Shown: piece after piece, positions 33,834 to 43,205 of the stretch | Layout: every line of letters begins with the position of its first letter | How positions within the stretch are numbered: the stretch's first letter is position 1 | Assembly: GCA_022822405.1 (NCBI GenBank) | Contig: JAJEBT010000113.1 | Span: 12,500 to 76,499, forward strand | Length of the DNA stretch: 64,000 nt | Reading direction: 5' to 3' | Source of the DNA: Alphaproteobacteria bacterium | GTDB taxonomy: Bacteria > Pseudomonadota > Alphaproteobacteria > MPNO01 > UBA830 | Notes under the pieces: generated by a model | Database searches by the model: none | Told to the model about the DNA's origin: nothing | Seen by the model: only the letters and a program-made list of their open reading frames with translations | Program-made: the position numbers and the translations under genes

Positions 33834-34054
33834 CACTCTCCCTCCACCGCGCGCGGCCCCGTCTCCGAGCCTCAAAGACCCGAACTATCCCAGACGGGCG
33901 GAGCTGCGTCCATGCAGGGACCCCGGCCGGACAGGAACGCCGCCACCCCGTCCGGCAGGGCGCATCCAGAGCCACGGATGACGGCGGCGCGCCGCTCGGC
34001 TATGAAGCGGGGCGCGCGCGACACGGCGTGCCCGGAGACAGGGAGACTCTGCCG

Positions 34055-35002
34055 ATGACGATCAGCCTCGGTTATCTGCTGCCGACAAGGGAACGGGTGA
34101 TGGCGGGGGTGCACGAAACCCGCGAGATCATTGAACTCGGAGTCCATGCCGAAGCTGTCGGGCTCGACTCCGTCTGGGTCGGAGACTCGCTGCTCGCAAA
34201 GCCGCGCCACGAGCCACTGACGCTGATTTCCGCGATCGCCAGCCGCACCCGCGCCGTCCGCCTCGGCACCGCGGTGCTCCTGCCGATGCTGCGTAACCCG
34301 GTCCTGCTGGCGCACCAGCTCGCGACCGTCGACCACATCAGCGAGGGCCGCTTCGTGCTCGGCATCGGCATCGCGCGCGACACTCCGGCGATCCGTGCCG
34401 AGTTCACTGCGGCTGGAGTTCCGTTCGAAAAGCGCATCGGCACGATGATGGAGGGCGTCCGCCTGTGCCGGGCCCTCTGGGCCGAAAACGGCAAGACTGA
34501 CTGGTCGGGGCGCTGGACGGTCAACGGCGGCGAACTGGCGCCGACACCGTTCACGCCCGGAGGTCCGCGGATCTGGTCCGGCGGCGGCGTGCCCGCCGCG
34601 CTCGCGCGGTGCGGACGGAACTTCGACGGCTGGTTTCCGTCGGGGCCGGGCAACGGCGAGAGCTGGGGCCGGGGATGGACGCAGGTGCAGGAAGCGGCGG
34701 CCGCAGCGGGACGAGATCCGGCAGAGGTCACCGGCGCCGCCTACGTGACCGTCGCCGTCAACAGCGCGCGGGCCGAGGCCGAAGCCGAACTCGACGCCTA
34801 TCTCGAGGCCTACTACCTCCTTCCGGCCGCGCGCATTCGCGAACAGCAGTATTGCTTCGCGGGCGACCTGTCCGAAGTCACGGCCTGGCTGCGGCAGTTT
34901 GCCGACGCCGGAGCGTCTCACCTTTGCGTCCGCTTCACGGGCACCCGGGACCGCGAACAGATGGAAACGCTCGCCGCGATGCGGGAGACGCTCTCTTCAT
35001 GA
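34055..35002 (+). CDS. LLM class flavin-dependent oxidoreductase
   Basis: DSVWVGDSL, RLGTAV, ATVDHISEGRFVLGIG, DGWFP. Confidence 0.9.
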   Translation: MTISLGYLLPTRERVMAGVHETREIIELGVHAEAVGLDSVWVGDSLLAKPRHEPLTLISAIASRTRAVRLGTAVLLPMLRNPVLLAHQLATVDHISEGRFVLGIGIARDTPAIRAEFTAAGVPFEKRIGTMMEGVRLCRALWAENGKTDWSGRWTVNGGELAPTPFTPGGPRIWSGGGVPAALARCGRNFDGWFPSGPGNGESWGRGWTQVQEAAAAAGRDPAEVTGAAYVTVAVNSARAEAEAELDAYLEAYYLLPAARIREQQYCFAGDLSEVTAWLRQFADAGASHLCVRFTGTRDREQMETLAAMRETLSS

Positions 35003-36213
35003 GCGGGCCGCTCGACGGAGTCCGCGTCCTCGACCTTACCTCGGTGGTCCTGGGACCGCTGGCGACCCAGATCCTCGGCGATCTCGGGGCGGACGTGATC
35101 AAGGTCGAGAACCCGGCCGGCGACACGACGCGCCATACCGGGCCGCGGAGATCTCCGGACATGGCGGCGCTGTTCATGGGCCTCAACCGCAACAAGCGCT
35201 CGATCGTGCTCGACCTGAAGCAGGAGGCCGCCCGCGACGCGCTGTGGCGCCTCATCGACGGCGCCGACGTGTTCGTCCATTCCATCCGGCCGCAGGCCGT
35301 CGCCCGGCTTGGTTTCGGCTACGAGGAAGTCTCCGCCCGCAATCCGCGCCTGGTCTATGCCGGGATCCATGGGTTCCGCGTGGACGGGCCGTACGGCGGA
35401 ACGCCGGCCTACGACGATGTCATCCAGGGCATGAGCGGCAGCGTCGACCTGATGGCGCGGCTGGTCGGCGAGCCCCGCTACATGCCGACGATCATGGCGG
35501 ACAAGACCTGCGGGCTCGTCACCGCCTATGCCATCGCCGCCGCGCTCTTCGAGCGCGAGAGATCGGGCCTCGGCCAATTCGTCGAGGTGCCGATGTTCGA
35601 GACCATGGTCGCTTTCAACATGGCGGATCACCTCTACGGGCACGTGTTCGATCCGCCCGAGGGGCCGCTCGGCTACACGCGCGTGCTGGCGCAGTCGCGC
35701 CGTCCCTACAGGACGCTTGACGGCCATATCTGCACCCTCATCTACACCGATGCCCAGTGGCAGCGCTTCTGGGCCGAAGTCGGCCATCCGGAATACGCGG
35801 CCGATCCGCGCTTCGACACGCTCGGAAGCCGTGCCGACAACATTGACGAAGTCTACGGGCTCGCGGCCTCGTTCGTTGCCGAACGGCCCACCGACGACTG
35901 GCTCGAGGTTTTCGCGCGCCTCGAAATACCCTGCGGGCGCGTGGCGCCGCTCGAGGATCTCACGGACGACCCGCATCTCCAGGCCGTGGGCCTGTTCAAC
36001 GATGCGGTGCATCCACGCGAGGGCGCGATCACGATGGTGGATGCGCCGGTGCGTTTCAGCCGCACCCCCGGTGAAATTGCGCGGCTGCAGCCCGGTCTCG
36101 GCGAGCACGGTGCCGAGATCCTGCGCGAGGCCGGTCTCGACGATGACGAAATCGCGGCGCTGGCCGGATCCGGAGGGACCGGTCGGCCGTCAGAGGAAAG
36201 GAACGGGTCATGA
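34999..36213 (+). CDS. CaiB/BaiF family III CoA transferase
   Basis: GPLDGVRVLDL, LGDLGADVIKVE, NRNKRS, YDDVIQ, LGEH; ATGA overlap with upstream gene. Confidence 0.92.
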   Translation: MSGPLDGVRVLDLTSVVLGPLATQILGDLGADVIKVENPAGDTTRHTGPRRSPDMAALFMGLNRNKRSIVLDLKQEAARDALWRLIDGADVFVHSIRPQAVARLGFGYEEVSARNPRLVYAGIHGFRVDGPYGGTPAYDDVIQGMSGSVDLMARLVGEPRYMPTIMADKTCGLVTAYAIAAALFERERSGLGQFVEVPMFETMVAFNMADHLYGHVFDPPEGPLGYTRVLAQSRRPYRTLDGHICTLIYTDAQWQRFWAEVGHPEYAADPRFDTLGSRADNIDEVYGLAASFVAERPTDDWLEVFARLEIPCGRVAPLEDLTDDPHLQAVGLFNDAVHPREGAITMVDAPVRFSRTPGEIARLQPGLGEHGAEILREAGLDDDEIAALAGSGGTGRPSEERNGS

Positions 36214-36674
36214 AGACGATGGGCATCGGTCTCCACTGGGACGAGCTGGAGGTCGGCCAGCAATTCAGGACACTCAACCGCACGATCACCGAGGCGGACA
36301 TCGTCAACTTCATCGGCGTGACCGGCATGGTCGAGACACTGTTCACCGATCTGACCTTCGGCGAGCAGGGTGGCGGACTGATGGGCGGCCGAGTGGTCCC
36401 CGCAGCCTGCACCTACACCATGATCGAGGGCCTCCTGTGCCAGTCCGTCATGCAGGAGACCGGGCTCGCGCTTCTCGAAGTCGAGAAGAAGGTCCTCGCG
36501 CCTGTATTCGCGGGCGACACCGTCCACGCGGAGGTCGAGGTCACCACCATCCGTCCGACGAGCAAGGGCAACCGCGGCATCGTCACCACAGACAACCGGA
36601 TCGTGAACCAGAAGGGCGAAACGGTGATCCAGTACCGCGCCGTTCGCATGATGGCGGGCCGGTCCCGCGACTGA
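36210..36674 (+). CDS. MaoC family dehydratase (hot-dog fold)
   Basis: RTITEADIVNF, PVFAGDTVH, NQKGETV. Confidence 0.88.
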   Translation: MKTMGIGLHWDELEVGQQFRTLNRTITEADIVNFIGVTGMVETLFTDLTFGEQGGGLMGGRVVPAACTYTMIEGLLCQSVMQETGLALLEVEKKVLAPVFAGDTVHAEVEVTTIRPTSKGNRGIVTTDNRIVNQKGETVIQYRAVRMMAGRSRD

Positions 36675-36946
36675 GCGGAAGGCGGTTTCGCGATTCCGTG
36701 TATCGTCCACAGCTGAGCTGCACGGCGGTCATCGCTACGGCAGCGATACCTCGCGTTTCGGCGGCCGGTACCGTATCGACGCGTGATGAAACTTCGTGAT
36801 CCGGCCTCCGGCCGACACACATTTCCCGCCTGTCTCGAACGACTGTAGCAACTGGCGCCAAGCGGCATTCGCACGGCTCCTGACGCGCTTCGCAAGACCA
36901 GCCCACCGTGCCTTGCCGACAATGCGGTCCAAACCGCGCGGCTCCG

Positions 36947-37303
36947 TCAGGCGGCGTGCATGAGATCCACTTCCATGCGGACACCGTCATAGGGAAAGCT
37001 CATGCGGCCACCTTCGTCGCGGTCAAGGAGGCCGGCCCTGACCAACGCGGTCATGTCGCGATGCACGGCCTTCACATCCCGGCCCACCCTTCGCGCGACC
37101 TCGCGCACGGGCAGCGGGCCCGCACCCGCCATCGCCCGCAGGATCGCCAGGCGCTTCGGCGCGCATATCCTGTGGAGCAGATCGACAGATGCGAATGCAA
37201 TTTGGGGCGCCATCTTCCGGCCCGTCAGCACCGCGTCCATCCGTGCAGCAAGCTCGCTCCTCGGCGCCACGGTCAGGGTCACAATCCGTTCCGTCCCATC
37301 CAT
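36947..37303 (-). CDS. HVO_A0114-like HTH DNA-binding protein (putative antitoxin)
   Basis: IAFASVDLL..PKRLAIL..VREVARRVGRDVKAVHRDMTALVRAGLL..FPYD. Confidence 0.8.
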   Translation of the reverse strand: MDGTERIVTLTVAPRSELAARMDAVLTGRKMAPQIAFASVDLLHRICAPKRLAILRAMAGAGPLPVREVARRVGRDVKAVHRDMTALVRAGLLDRDEGGRMSFPYDGVRMEVDLMHAA

Positions 37304-37572
37304 TCGTCCACCTCCTTCCAGAAATCGGCCTGGAGTCCGTTCAGATCGTCAAACTCCAGCGGCGTTTCGATTCCGTCCATGTGCATGTGGTCGCCTTTTC
37401 CGGGCTCGTTGTCGAACCGCAGGACGCATTCACCGTCAACGACGAAGGCGAAGGAATATCTCAGCCTGTGGTGACTGCCGCGCACCGGTGCCGGAACGCG
37501 CCAAGCCTTGACTTGAGCAAACGCACGATCGCTCAGGACATGCCTGTCGTCGAGCAGGAGTTCTGCGTCCAT
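37279..37572 (-). CDS. DUF6516 family protein (putative toxin)
   Basis: WRVPAPVRGSHHRLRYSF..CVLRFDNEPGKGDHMH..LQADFW. Confidence 0.78.
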   Translation of the reverse strand: MDAELLLDDRHVLSDRAFAQVKAWRVPAPVRGSHHRLRYSFAFVVDGECVLRFDNEPGKGDHMHMDGIETPLEFDDLNGLQADFWKEVDEWMGRNGL

Positions 37573-37618
37573 GCGTTGTCATCTAAGCCAACGCTCAAAT
37601 GTTGTCAAGGATACCAAC
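37573..37618 (-). promoter_or_regulatory. Leaderless promoter with two GTTG-N10-CAAC operators
   Basis: Minus strand TTGACA (37608-37603)-N17-TAGATG (37585-37580), ATG at 37572; palindromes at 37575-37592 and 37601-37618. Confidence 0.68.
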
Positions 37619-37849
37619 GACAAAACCAACAGACGAAAAGCGGAGGCCCACTCACCGACAATCGGACAACATGCCGGCAGAGGAGGACACTGGCGTCAAC
37701 GAAGACCCGAACGGTCACGCAATCCGTTGTGCTGGCTCGCACCCGTCGATCGAGTTCGACCTGCATGACTTTCTGGACAGTTGGCCTCCATGGCGAGGCC
37801 ATACTCTTCCTCCCGGCGCCGCGTTCCTTCAGGGAGGTCCCCAAGCCAT

Positions 37850-38045
37850 CTGGATTTGTTGTGGCCGTTCCCGGCGACCCGGACCCCCGGCCGCGTCGCG
37901 AGATCATCGGGCAGCGTGGCAGTGATATTCCTCGTGCCGGGAGCGACCGAAACGCGGATTTCGTATCAACGGATGCTCACCCGGGTCGAAGCCGGGATCG
38001 CACGGTCGCCTGGAGAGATGTTTCTCACCTGTTCCCAAAGGAGAT
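37850..38045 (+). pseudogene. Decayed pyridoxamine 5'-phosphate oxidase-like (MSMEG_1061-type) gene remnant
   Basis: Fragments in shifting frames: GFVV, GSVAVIFLVPGATET, RING, EMFLTC/PK, resembling GLIFLVPG-ETLRING-EAFLHCPK. Confidence 0.4.
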
Positions 38046-38121
38046 CAGCATGTCGGACATGTCATCGCGTTGACGCCCACCGGTGTTCCGTGATGAGATG
38101 GCAGATGGGGAAAACGCGCAC

Positions 38122-38595
38122 ATGTTCACGCTGAGCCATTCCGTATCGGTGAACGATCCAGAACTGCGGGGCGACGGCCCGCCGCTCTCCCGCCACGACA
38201 TCTGGCAGGGGCTGTTGCTGAAGGCGGAAAACCCGGTTCCGTTTCTCGACTCGATGAGCGCCTGCACAATTGTCGAGCGCGGCGAGAACTGGCTGCTCCG
38301 CGACTTCACCCTGCGTGGCGAAGACATGCAGGAACGTGTTACGATGGAGCCGGAAAACCGGATCGTCTTCGAGCGTACGCGGAGTTCCGCAATGGGCACC
38401 GTCACGAACGAAATCATCGAACGTGACGACGGTGAACTCGAGTTGCGTTTCAGCTTCTCGCTCGAGGTCGACGGCATCGCGCACGGAAGCGACGAGGAAG
38501 CGGCCTATGCCGAGCGCATGTCGCAGAGCTATTTCAGCGGCGTCGCCTCGACCCTCGCGGAAATCCGCCGACGCGTGGCTGCCAGGACGCTATAG
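38122..38595 (+). CDS. SRPBCC/DUF1857 (AtaL-like) protein
   Basis: LSRHDIWQGLLLKAENPVPF..MSACTIVE..LLRDF..ELRFSF. Confidence 0.75.
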   Translation: MFTLSHSVSVNDPELRGDGPPLSRHDIWQGLLLKAENPVPFLDSMSACTIVERGENWLLRDFTLRGEDMQERVTMEPENRIVFERTRSSAMGTVTNEIIERDDGELELRFSFSLEVDGIAHGSDEEAAYAERMSQSYFSGVASTLAEIRRRVAARTL

Positions 38596-38649
38596 CCCTC
38601 TCGGCCGGTCTTTCCGTTTTCGCCCTGAAATCATTCGGAGGCCCTGACG

Positions 38650-39201
38650 ATGACCCAGTTGAACCGGATAAGCGGACTGCACCACTTCGCCTACCGCTGC
38701 CGGAACGCCGAGGAGACGCGAAGCTTCTACGAAGACCTGCTCGGACTGCCGCTCGCGCATGTGATCAAGGCGGACACGGTGCCAAGCACTGGCGTCTCGG
38801 ATCCCTATGTGCACCTGTTCTTCGAGTTCGCGGACGGGAGCTACATAGCCTTCTTCGATCTTGGCGACGAGACCGCGTGCACACCCGATCCGGAAACTCC
38901 GTCGTGGGTAAACCACTTCGCGATGACGGTGAACACCGTGGCCGAAGTCGAGACCTGGAAAGCGCGGCTCGAAGATGCCGGAATCGAGGTCGTGGGCATA
39001 ACCGACCACGGATTCGTCCACTCCATCTATTTCTTCGACCCGAACGGCATGCGGCTGGAGATCACCTGCGAAGTCACCGGCGAGGACGCGCGCCAGACGG
39101 CCCGCGACCGCGCGCATGACGATCTCAAGGCATGGACCGACAGCCGGCCGCCGCCGCTGACCAACTACCGCCAGTTTGCCCGTGAGCCGGCGATGGCGTG
39201 A
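38650..39201 (+). CDS. VOC/glyoxalase family protein
   Basis: LHHFAYRC..FYEDLLGL..NHFA..HSIYFFDPNGMRLE. Confidence 0.9.
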   Translation: MTQLNRISGLHHFAYRCRNAEETRSFYEDLLGLPLAHVIKADTVPSTGVSDPYVHLFFEFADGSYIAFFDLGDETACTPDPETPSWVNHFAMTVNTVAEVETWKARLEDAGIEVVGITDHGFVHSIYFFDPNGMRLEITCEVTGEDARQTARDRAHDDLKAWTDSRPPPLTNYRQFAREPAMA

Positions 39202-39427
39202 ACCGGCCCTGTCGGGAATACGAGCGGCAAGCGCCTTCGCGCTTCGTCCTGCCGGCCCGAAAAGAGGCTCAGCTCAGGGCCGTCTCCGGGCACCGCGACA
39301 GGTGGAGTCCCGGAGAACGAGTGGTCGGAATCGTCAGCCGGGACAGCCATGAAGCCGCGAATGTTCCGGAAATCGGGATGATCGCAGGATTCCCCACCCG
39401 GGCCGGGGCTGTTCTCGGAAATACGGG

Positions 39428-40462
39428 ATGACGGCAACATCACCTTTTCCTGCGCGCGCGATCGGAACCTGGCTGCTTGCCTGCGCGGCGCTTGTCTTCC
39501 TGATGGTTCTCCTCGGCGGCCTCACCCGGCTGACCGGCTCCGGCCTTTCGATGGTCGACTGGCGGCCGCTCACGGGCTGGCTGCCCCCTCTCGGCCATGA
39601 ACAATGGCTGTCCGTCTACGAGGCCTATCGGCAGACGCCGGAATTCCGGCTTGTCAATTCCTGGATGACGCTCGAGGACTTCCGGGGCATCTTCTGGCTC
39701 GAATATCTCCACCGCCTCTTCGGCCGCATCATCGGCGTCGCCTATCTCCTGCCCTTTATCTGGTTCGCCATGCGATACCGGCTGCCCGGACGCATGGTAT
39801 TCCGGCTCGCGGTTCCCTTCGTCCTCGGCGGATTGCAGGGCTTTCTCGGCTGGTACATGGTGAAGTCGGGGCTCGTGGATGAGCCTTCGGTCAGCCAGTA
39901 CCGGCTTGCCGCCCATCTCGGCCTGGCCGTCCTGATCTACGGCTTCCTGCTCTATGGCGGCCTCGACATGCTCCGCGCCGGGCGCCGGCGGTACGGTGGA
40001 TCGGTCGGCGCCATCATGCTGGTTACCGGCATGATCTTCGCGACCATGATCATGGGCGCGTTTCTGGCAGGGCTCGACGGCGGCGGAGTCTATAACAGCT
40101 TTCCCCTGATGGACGGCCATGTGGTGCCCCCGGAAGCGATGACCCTGCATCCGTGGTGGCGGGATCTCTTCGAGAACGTCGCGACGATCCAGTTCGCGCA
40201 TCGCGTCCTGGCGCTGGCGACACTCGGCGCGATACTCGCCCTGTGGCTTGCCGCCCGCAGGAGGGGCTCCGCACGCCGGCTGTCGGCGATGGCCGTCGTC
40301 GCCGCCTGCCAGTTCGCCCTCGGCGCGGTTGCGGTGGTCCACAGCGCGCCGCTCTCCATTGCCTGGGCGCATCAGGCGGGCGCCATGATTCTCTTTTCGT
40401 GCGCGATTTGGGCCTGGCAGGGCGCGGCGCGAAGGCCCCGTTTCGGCCGGAGGCAGCTGTAA
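39428..40462 (+). CDS. ctaA: Heme A synthase (COX15/CtaA)
   Basis: GGLTRLTGSGLSM, EYLHRL, GWYMVKSGL, YRLAAHL, QFAHR, HQ. Confidence 0.93.
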   Translation: MTATSPFPARAIGTWLLACAALVFLMVLLGGLTRLTGSGLSMVDWRPLTGWLPPLGHEQWLSVYEAYRQTPEFRLVNSWMTLEDFRGIFWLEYLHRLFGRIIGVAYLLPFIWFAMRYRLPGRMVFRLAVPFVLGGLQGFLGWYMVKSGLVDEPSVSQYRLAAHLGLAVLIYGFLLYGGLDMLRAGRRRYGGSVGAIMLVTGMIFATMIMGAFLAGLDGGGVYNSFPLMDGHVVPPEAMTLHPWWRDLFENVATIQFAHRVLALATLGAILALWLAARRRGSARRLSAMAVVAACQFALGAVAVVHSAPLSIAWAHQAGAMILFSCAIWAWQGAARRPRFGRRQL

Positions 40463-40743
40463 CTCTCGCCATGCGGCGGCGCGGCGGCACGAGGAAATGA
40501 CAGGGCGGGCGGCGCACCGGATCCCCTGCCGTGCCGCTTCGCGCAACGTCCGCCAGGACGCCTTGCGGGGGCACCCTCATCTACTCCGAGGCGCTGGCGG
40601 AAGCGACATCCCGGCCGCGCGTTGGCAGGTCGCAGGGATGGCGTCGGGCCCCGGGGTGGCTGCAGCCCCTTCCATTTTTCCGCAAAGACCCTAGTTTGTC
40701 TGTCATTGCAGGAAGTTCCACGGGATCGAGACGGGAAGAAACG

Positions 40744-41568
40744 ATGTTCATACAGACCGAAGACACGCTGAGTGCCGAGACCGTCAGGTTCCTGCCCGGC
40801 CGCGAGGTACTCGCGAGCGGCAGCCTCGATCTGGCGTCGCCGGCAGAGGCCGCGAGAGTCCCGCTGGCGAAACGGCTGTTCGAGCTCGGATCGATCTCGC
40901 GGATCGCGCTCGGCACGGACGAGATACGCGTGACGCGAACTCCGGACGCCGAATGGCACGAATTGCGGCCGCGCATCCTCGCCGCGATCATGGACCATTT
41001 CATGTCGGGCATGCCCGTCATCGAGGAACAGGCCACGGCCCAGCCGGATACCGAAGAGGATCGGGAACTGACAGGCCCGGCTGCCGAAATCAAGGAGATC
41101 GTCGAAACCCGCATCCGCCCGGCGGCTAGGGACGGCGGCGGTGACGTCTCCTTCGTCGACTTCCGCGACAACGTCGCCTATCTGCGTTTCGACGGAGCGG
41201 CCTACGGGCTGATGCAACCGATCCGGAACATGCTCGGACACTATGTACCCGAGGTCGAGGACGTGCGGGATGCCATCGAACTGGAGGATCGGCCGGGGCT
41301 GCAGACCGAGGAAGGCAAGGCGATCCTCGAATTGCTGGACGCGCACATCAATCCGCAGGTTGCTGCCCATGGCGGCCATATCTCGCTGATCGACGTCAAG
41401 GAAAATACCGCTTTCGTGCGCCTCGAAGGCGGATGCCAGGGATGCTCCGCCTCGTCGGCAACGCTGCGTCAGGGCGTCGAGGTCGAGATCAAGCGGCTGG
41501 TGCCGTCGATCGCCCATGTCGTCGACGTCACCGACCACGCCGCCGGCGCCAACCCGTACTACACCTGA
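40744..41568 (+). CDS. Nfu-family Fe-S cluster carrier: Nfu_N + degenerate NifU-C + intact NifU-C
   Basis: MFIQTEDT N-domain; first NifU repeat IRPAARDGGGDV..GAAYG lacks CxxC; second INPQVAAHGG..GGCQGC..DVTDH is intact. Confidence 0.88.
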   Translation: MFIQTEDTLSAETVRFLPGREVLASGSLDLASPAEAARVPLAKRLFELGSISRIALGTDEIRVTRTPDAEWHELRPRILAAIMDHFMSGMPVIEEQATAQPDTEEDRELTGPAAEIKEIVETRIRPAARDGGGDVSFVDFRDNVAYLRFDGAAYGLMQPIRNMLGHYVPEVEDVRDAIELEDRPGLQTEEGKAILELLDAHINPQVAAHGGHISLIDVKENTAFVRLEGGCQGCSASSATLRQGVEVEIKRLVPSIAHVVDVTDHAAGANPYYT

Positions 41569-41601
41569 AAGCCGGTCTAAAAGGTTGACTCAAAATACCA
41601 T

Positions 41602-42162
41602 ATGTTGTGTTCACTTCGGAATTATACGGGATATAATGCCAGTCTATTGTGCATAGACTGGACTTTTAGGTCAAGCTCCAAGAGCTTTCAGGCGGGTGAC
41701 ATCTTATTTGGCAAGCTGCGCCCCTGTCTTGCAAAGGTCACGTGCCCCAAAATTGCAGGGCGTCGCGTCGGCGAATTTCTTGTTCTTCGTTCACGGCATG
41801 AAAGGTTCGACGGCAGTTATGCGAAGTACTTCTTGCGGTCAAAATCGGTGATCGAAACGATCAATAGCTCCACTTGCGGTGCCAGAATTCCTCGAGCCGA
41901 ATGGGCGTTCACAGGCAGCCTTGCCGTAGTCTGCCCACCCCTTCCCGAACAAACTGCCATCGTTCGGTTCATGGATGACGCTATGGCTAACGCGAGCAGC
42001 ATCATCGACCGCGCAAACCGTGAGATCGAACTCCTCCGCAAGTACTGCATCCGCCTGATTGCTGACGTTGTCACTGGCAAGCTCGACGTTCGCAAGGCAG
42101 CAGCCGAGCTGCCGGGTTCGAACCCGGCCGCGGATGGAGACGGAAAGGAGGCAAACCCATGA
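41602..42162 (+). pseudogene. hsdS: 5'-truncated type I RM specificity subunit (HsdS) C-terminal half
   Basis: FQAGDILFGKLRP..GARIPRAEW..PPLPEQTAIVRF..RLIADVVTGKLDVR; only one TRD, no hsdM upstream. Confidence 0.8.
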
Positions 42163-42386
42163 CCAACTGGTCGAACTGCCCAGCGGTGGAGCGCGATCCC
42201 CAGAAGATCAGCGGCGACTGGGCCTTTACGGGAACCCGGGTGCCGGTGTACGCCCTGTTCGAGAACCTCGAGAGTGGAGCCACCGTAAAGGAGTTTCTCG
42301 AGTGGTATCCCGAGGTCAAGGAGTGGCAGGTGACCGCAGTCCTCAAGCACGAAACCGAATCCCTCAAGACGGCCGCCCAAGCGTGA
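42159..42386 (+). CDS. DUF433 (VapB45-like) antitoxin
   Basis: VERDPQKISGDWAFTGTRVPVYALFENLESGATVKEFLEWYP. Confidence 0.88.
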   Translation: MTNWSNCPAVERDPQKISGDWAFTGTRVPVYALFENLESGATVKEFLEWYPEVKEWQVTAVLKHETESLKTAAQA

Positions 42387-42700
42387 AGATCCTGTTCGAC
42401 CACGGGACACCGGCACCCCTTCGACGGCACCTCCCGGAGCATTCCGTGGACCGGTCTGCGGAGAAGGGATGGGAGTTGCTCAAGAACGGCGAACTGATCC
42501 GCAGAGCCGAAGAGGAAGGCTATGAGGTCATCGTCACCACGGACCAGAACTTACGCTACCAACAGAACCTGACCGGGAGGAGCTTGGGCATTGTCGTGTT
42601 GATGGCCACAGCATGGCCGCGGGTGCAGCACCGAACGAGAGAGATCCGCGCGGCTATCGGGGAAGCGCGGCCAGGCCAGATCCTGGAAATCCCGATCTGA
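42383..42700 (+). CDS. DUF5615/VapC45-like PIN toxin
   Basis: GTG start overlapping DUF433 stop; KILFDHG..GWELLKNGEL..TTDQNLRYQQNL. Confidence 0.85.
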   Translation: MKILFDHGTPAPLRRHLPEHSVDRSAEKGWELLKNGELIRRAEEEGYEVIVTTDQNLRYQQNLTGRSLGIVVLMATAWPRVQHRTREIRAAIGEARPGQILEIPI

Positions 42701-42717
42701 AAATCGAGCGCGAAGTC

Positions 42718-43191
42718 GTGACCACCGATACATCCGAATATGGTCTCGGGAGCCTGATCTGCACGGCGCTGGCGGGCAAGACCTGCGCCCTGCTGGCGGC
42801 AGGCGAAATCCGGGAACCAGCGACCGGTTTCGGCGGCGTCGGCTGGAGTTGCGGCAGTTACCGCGATTACGACTGCGAACTCTGCATTGATCTCGCTCGA
42901 CTCACCGCCTTCCTTCGCAGAACTCAACCTGAAGCCGCCGTAGCCCTGGCGCTGGACGACAACGGCCCCACCCAGCCCAAGTTTCTCGCTCGGCTGCAGG
43001 GCGAGGTTACGAAGCGCGGAGCCATCGACGTGCTGCGGCATAGCATTCGACACGGCGCCCACGACCTCGACCTCTTCTACGGCACACCTGAAGTCCAGCC
43101 CTGCGGCATCCCGGGCCGGGCCGCAAAGGGCCTGTCCCGAGGTTACCCGGTCCGCACCGAAGCTCCCGGCCAGCCATCGGCCGGGATCTGA
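42718..43191 (+). pseudogene. hsdR: N-terminal fragment of type I RM restriction subunit (HsdR)
   Basis: TTDTSE.GL..DYD...CIDL..L.AFL..TQP..FLARLQGEV.KRG.IDVLR...DLFYGTP, then similarity ends near 43090; no helicase domain. Confidence 0.8.
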
Positions 43192-43205
43192 AAGAGATCC
43201 GACGG

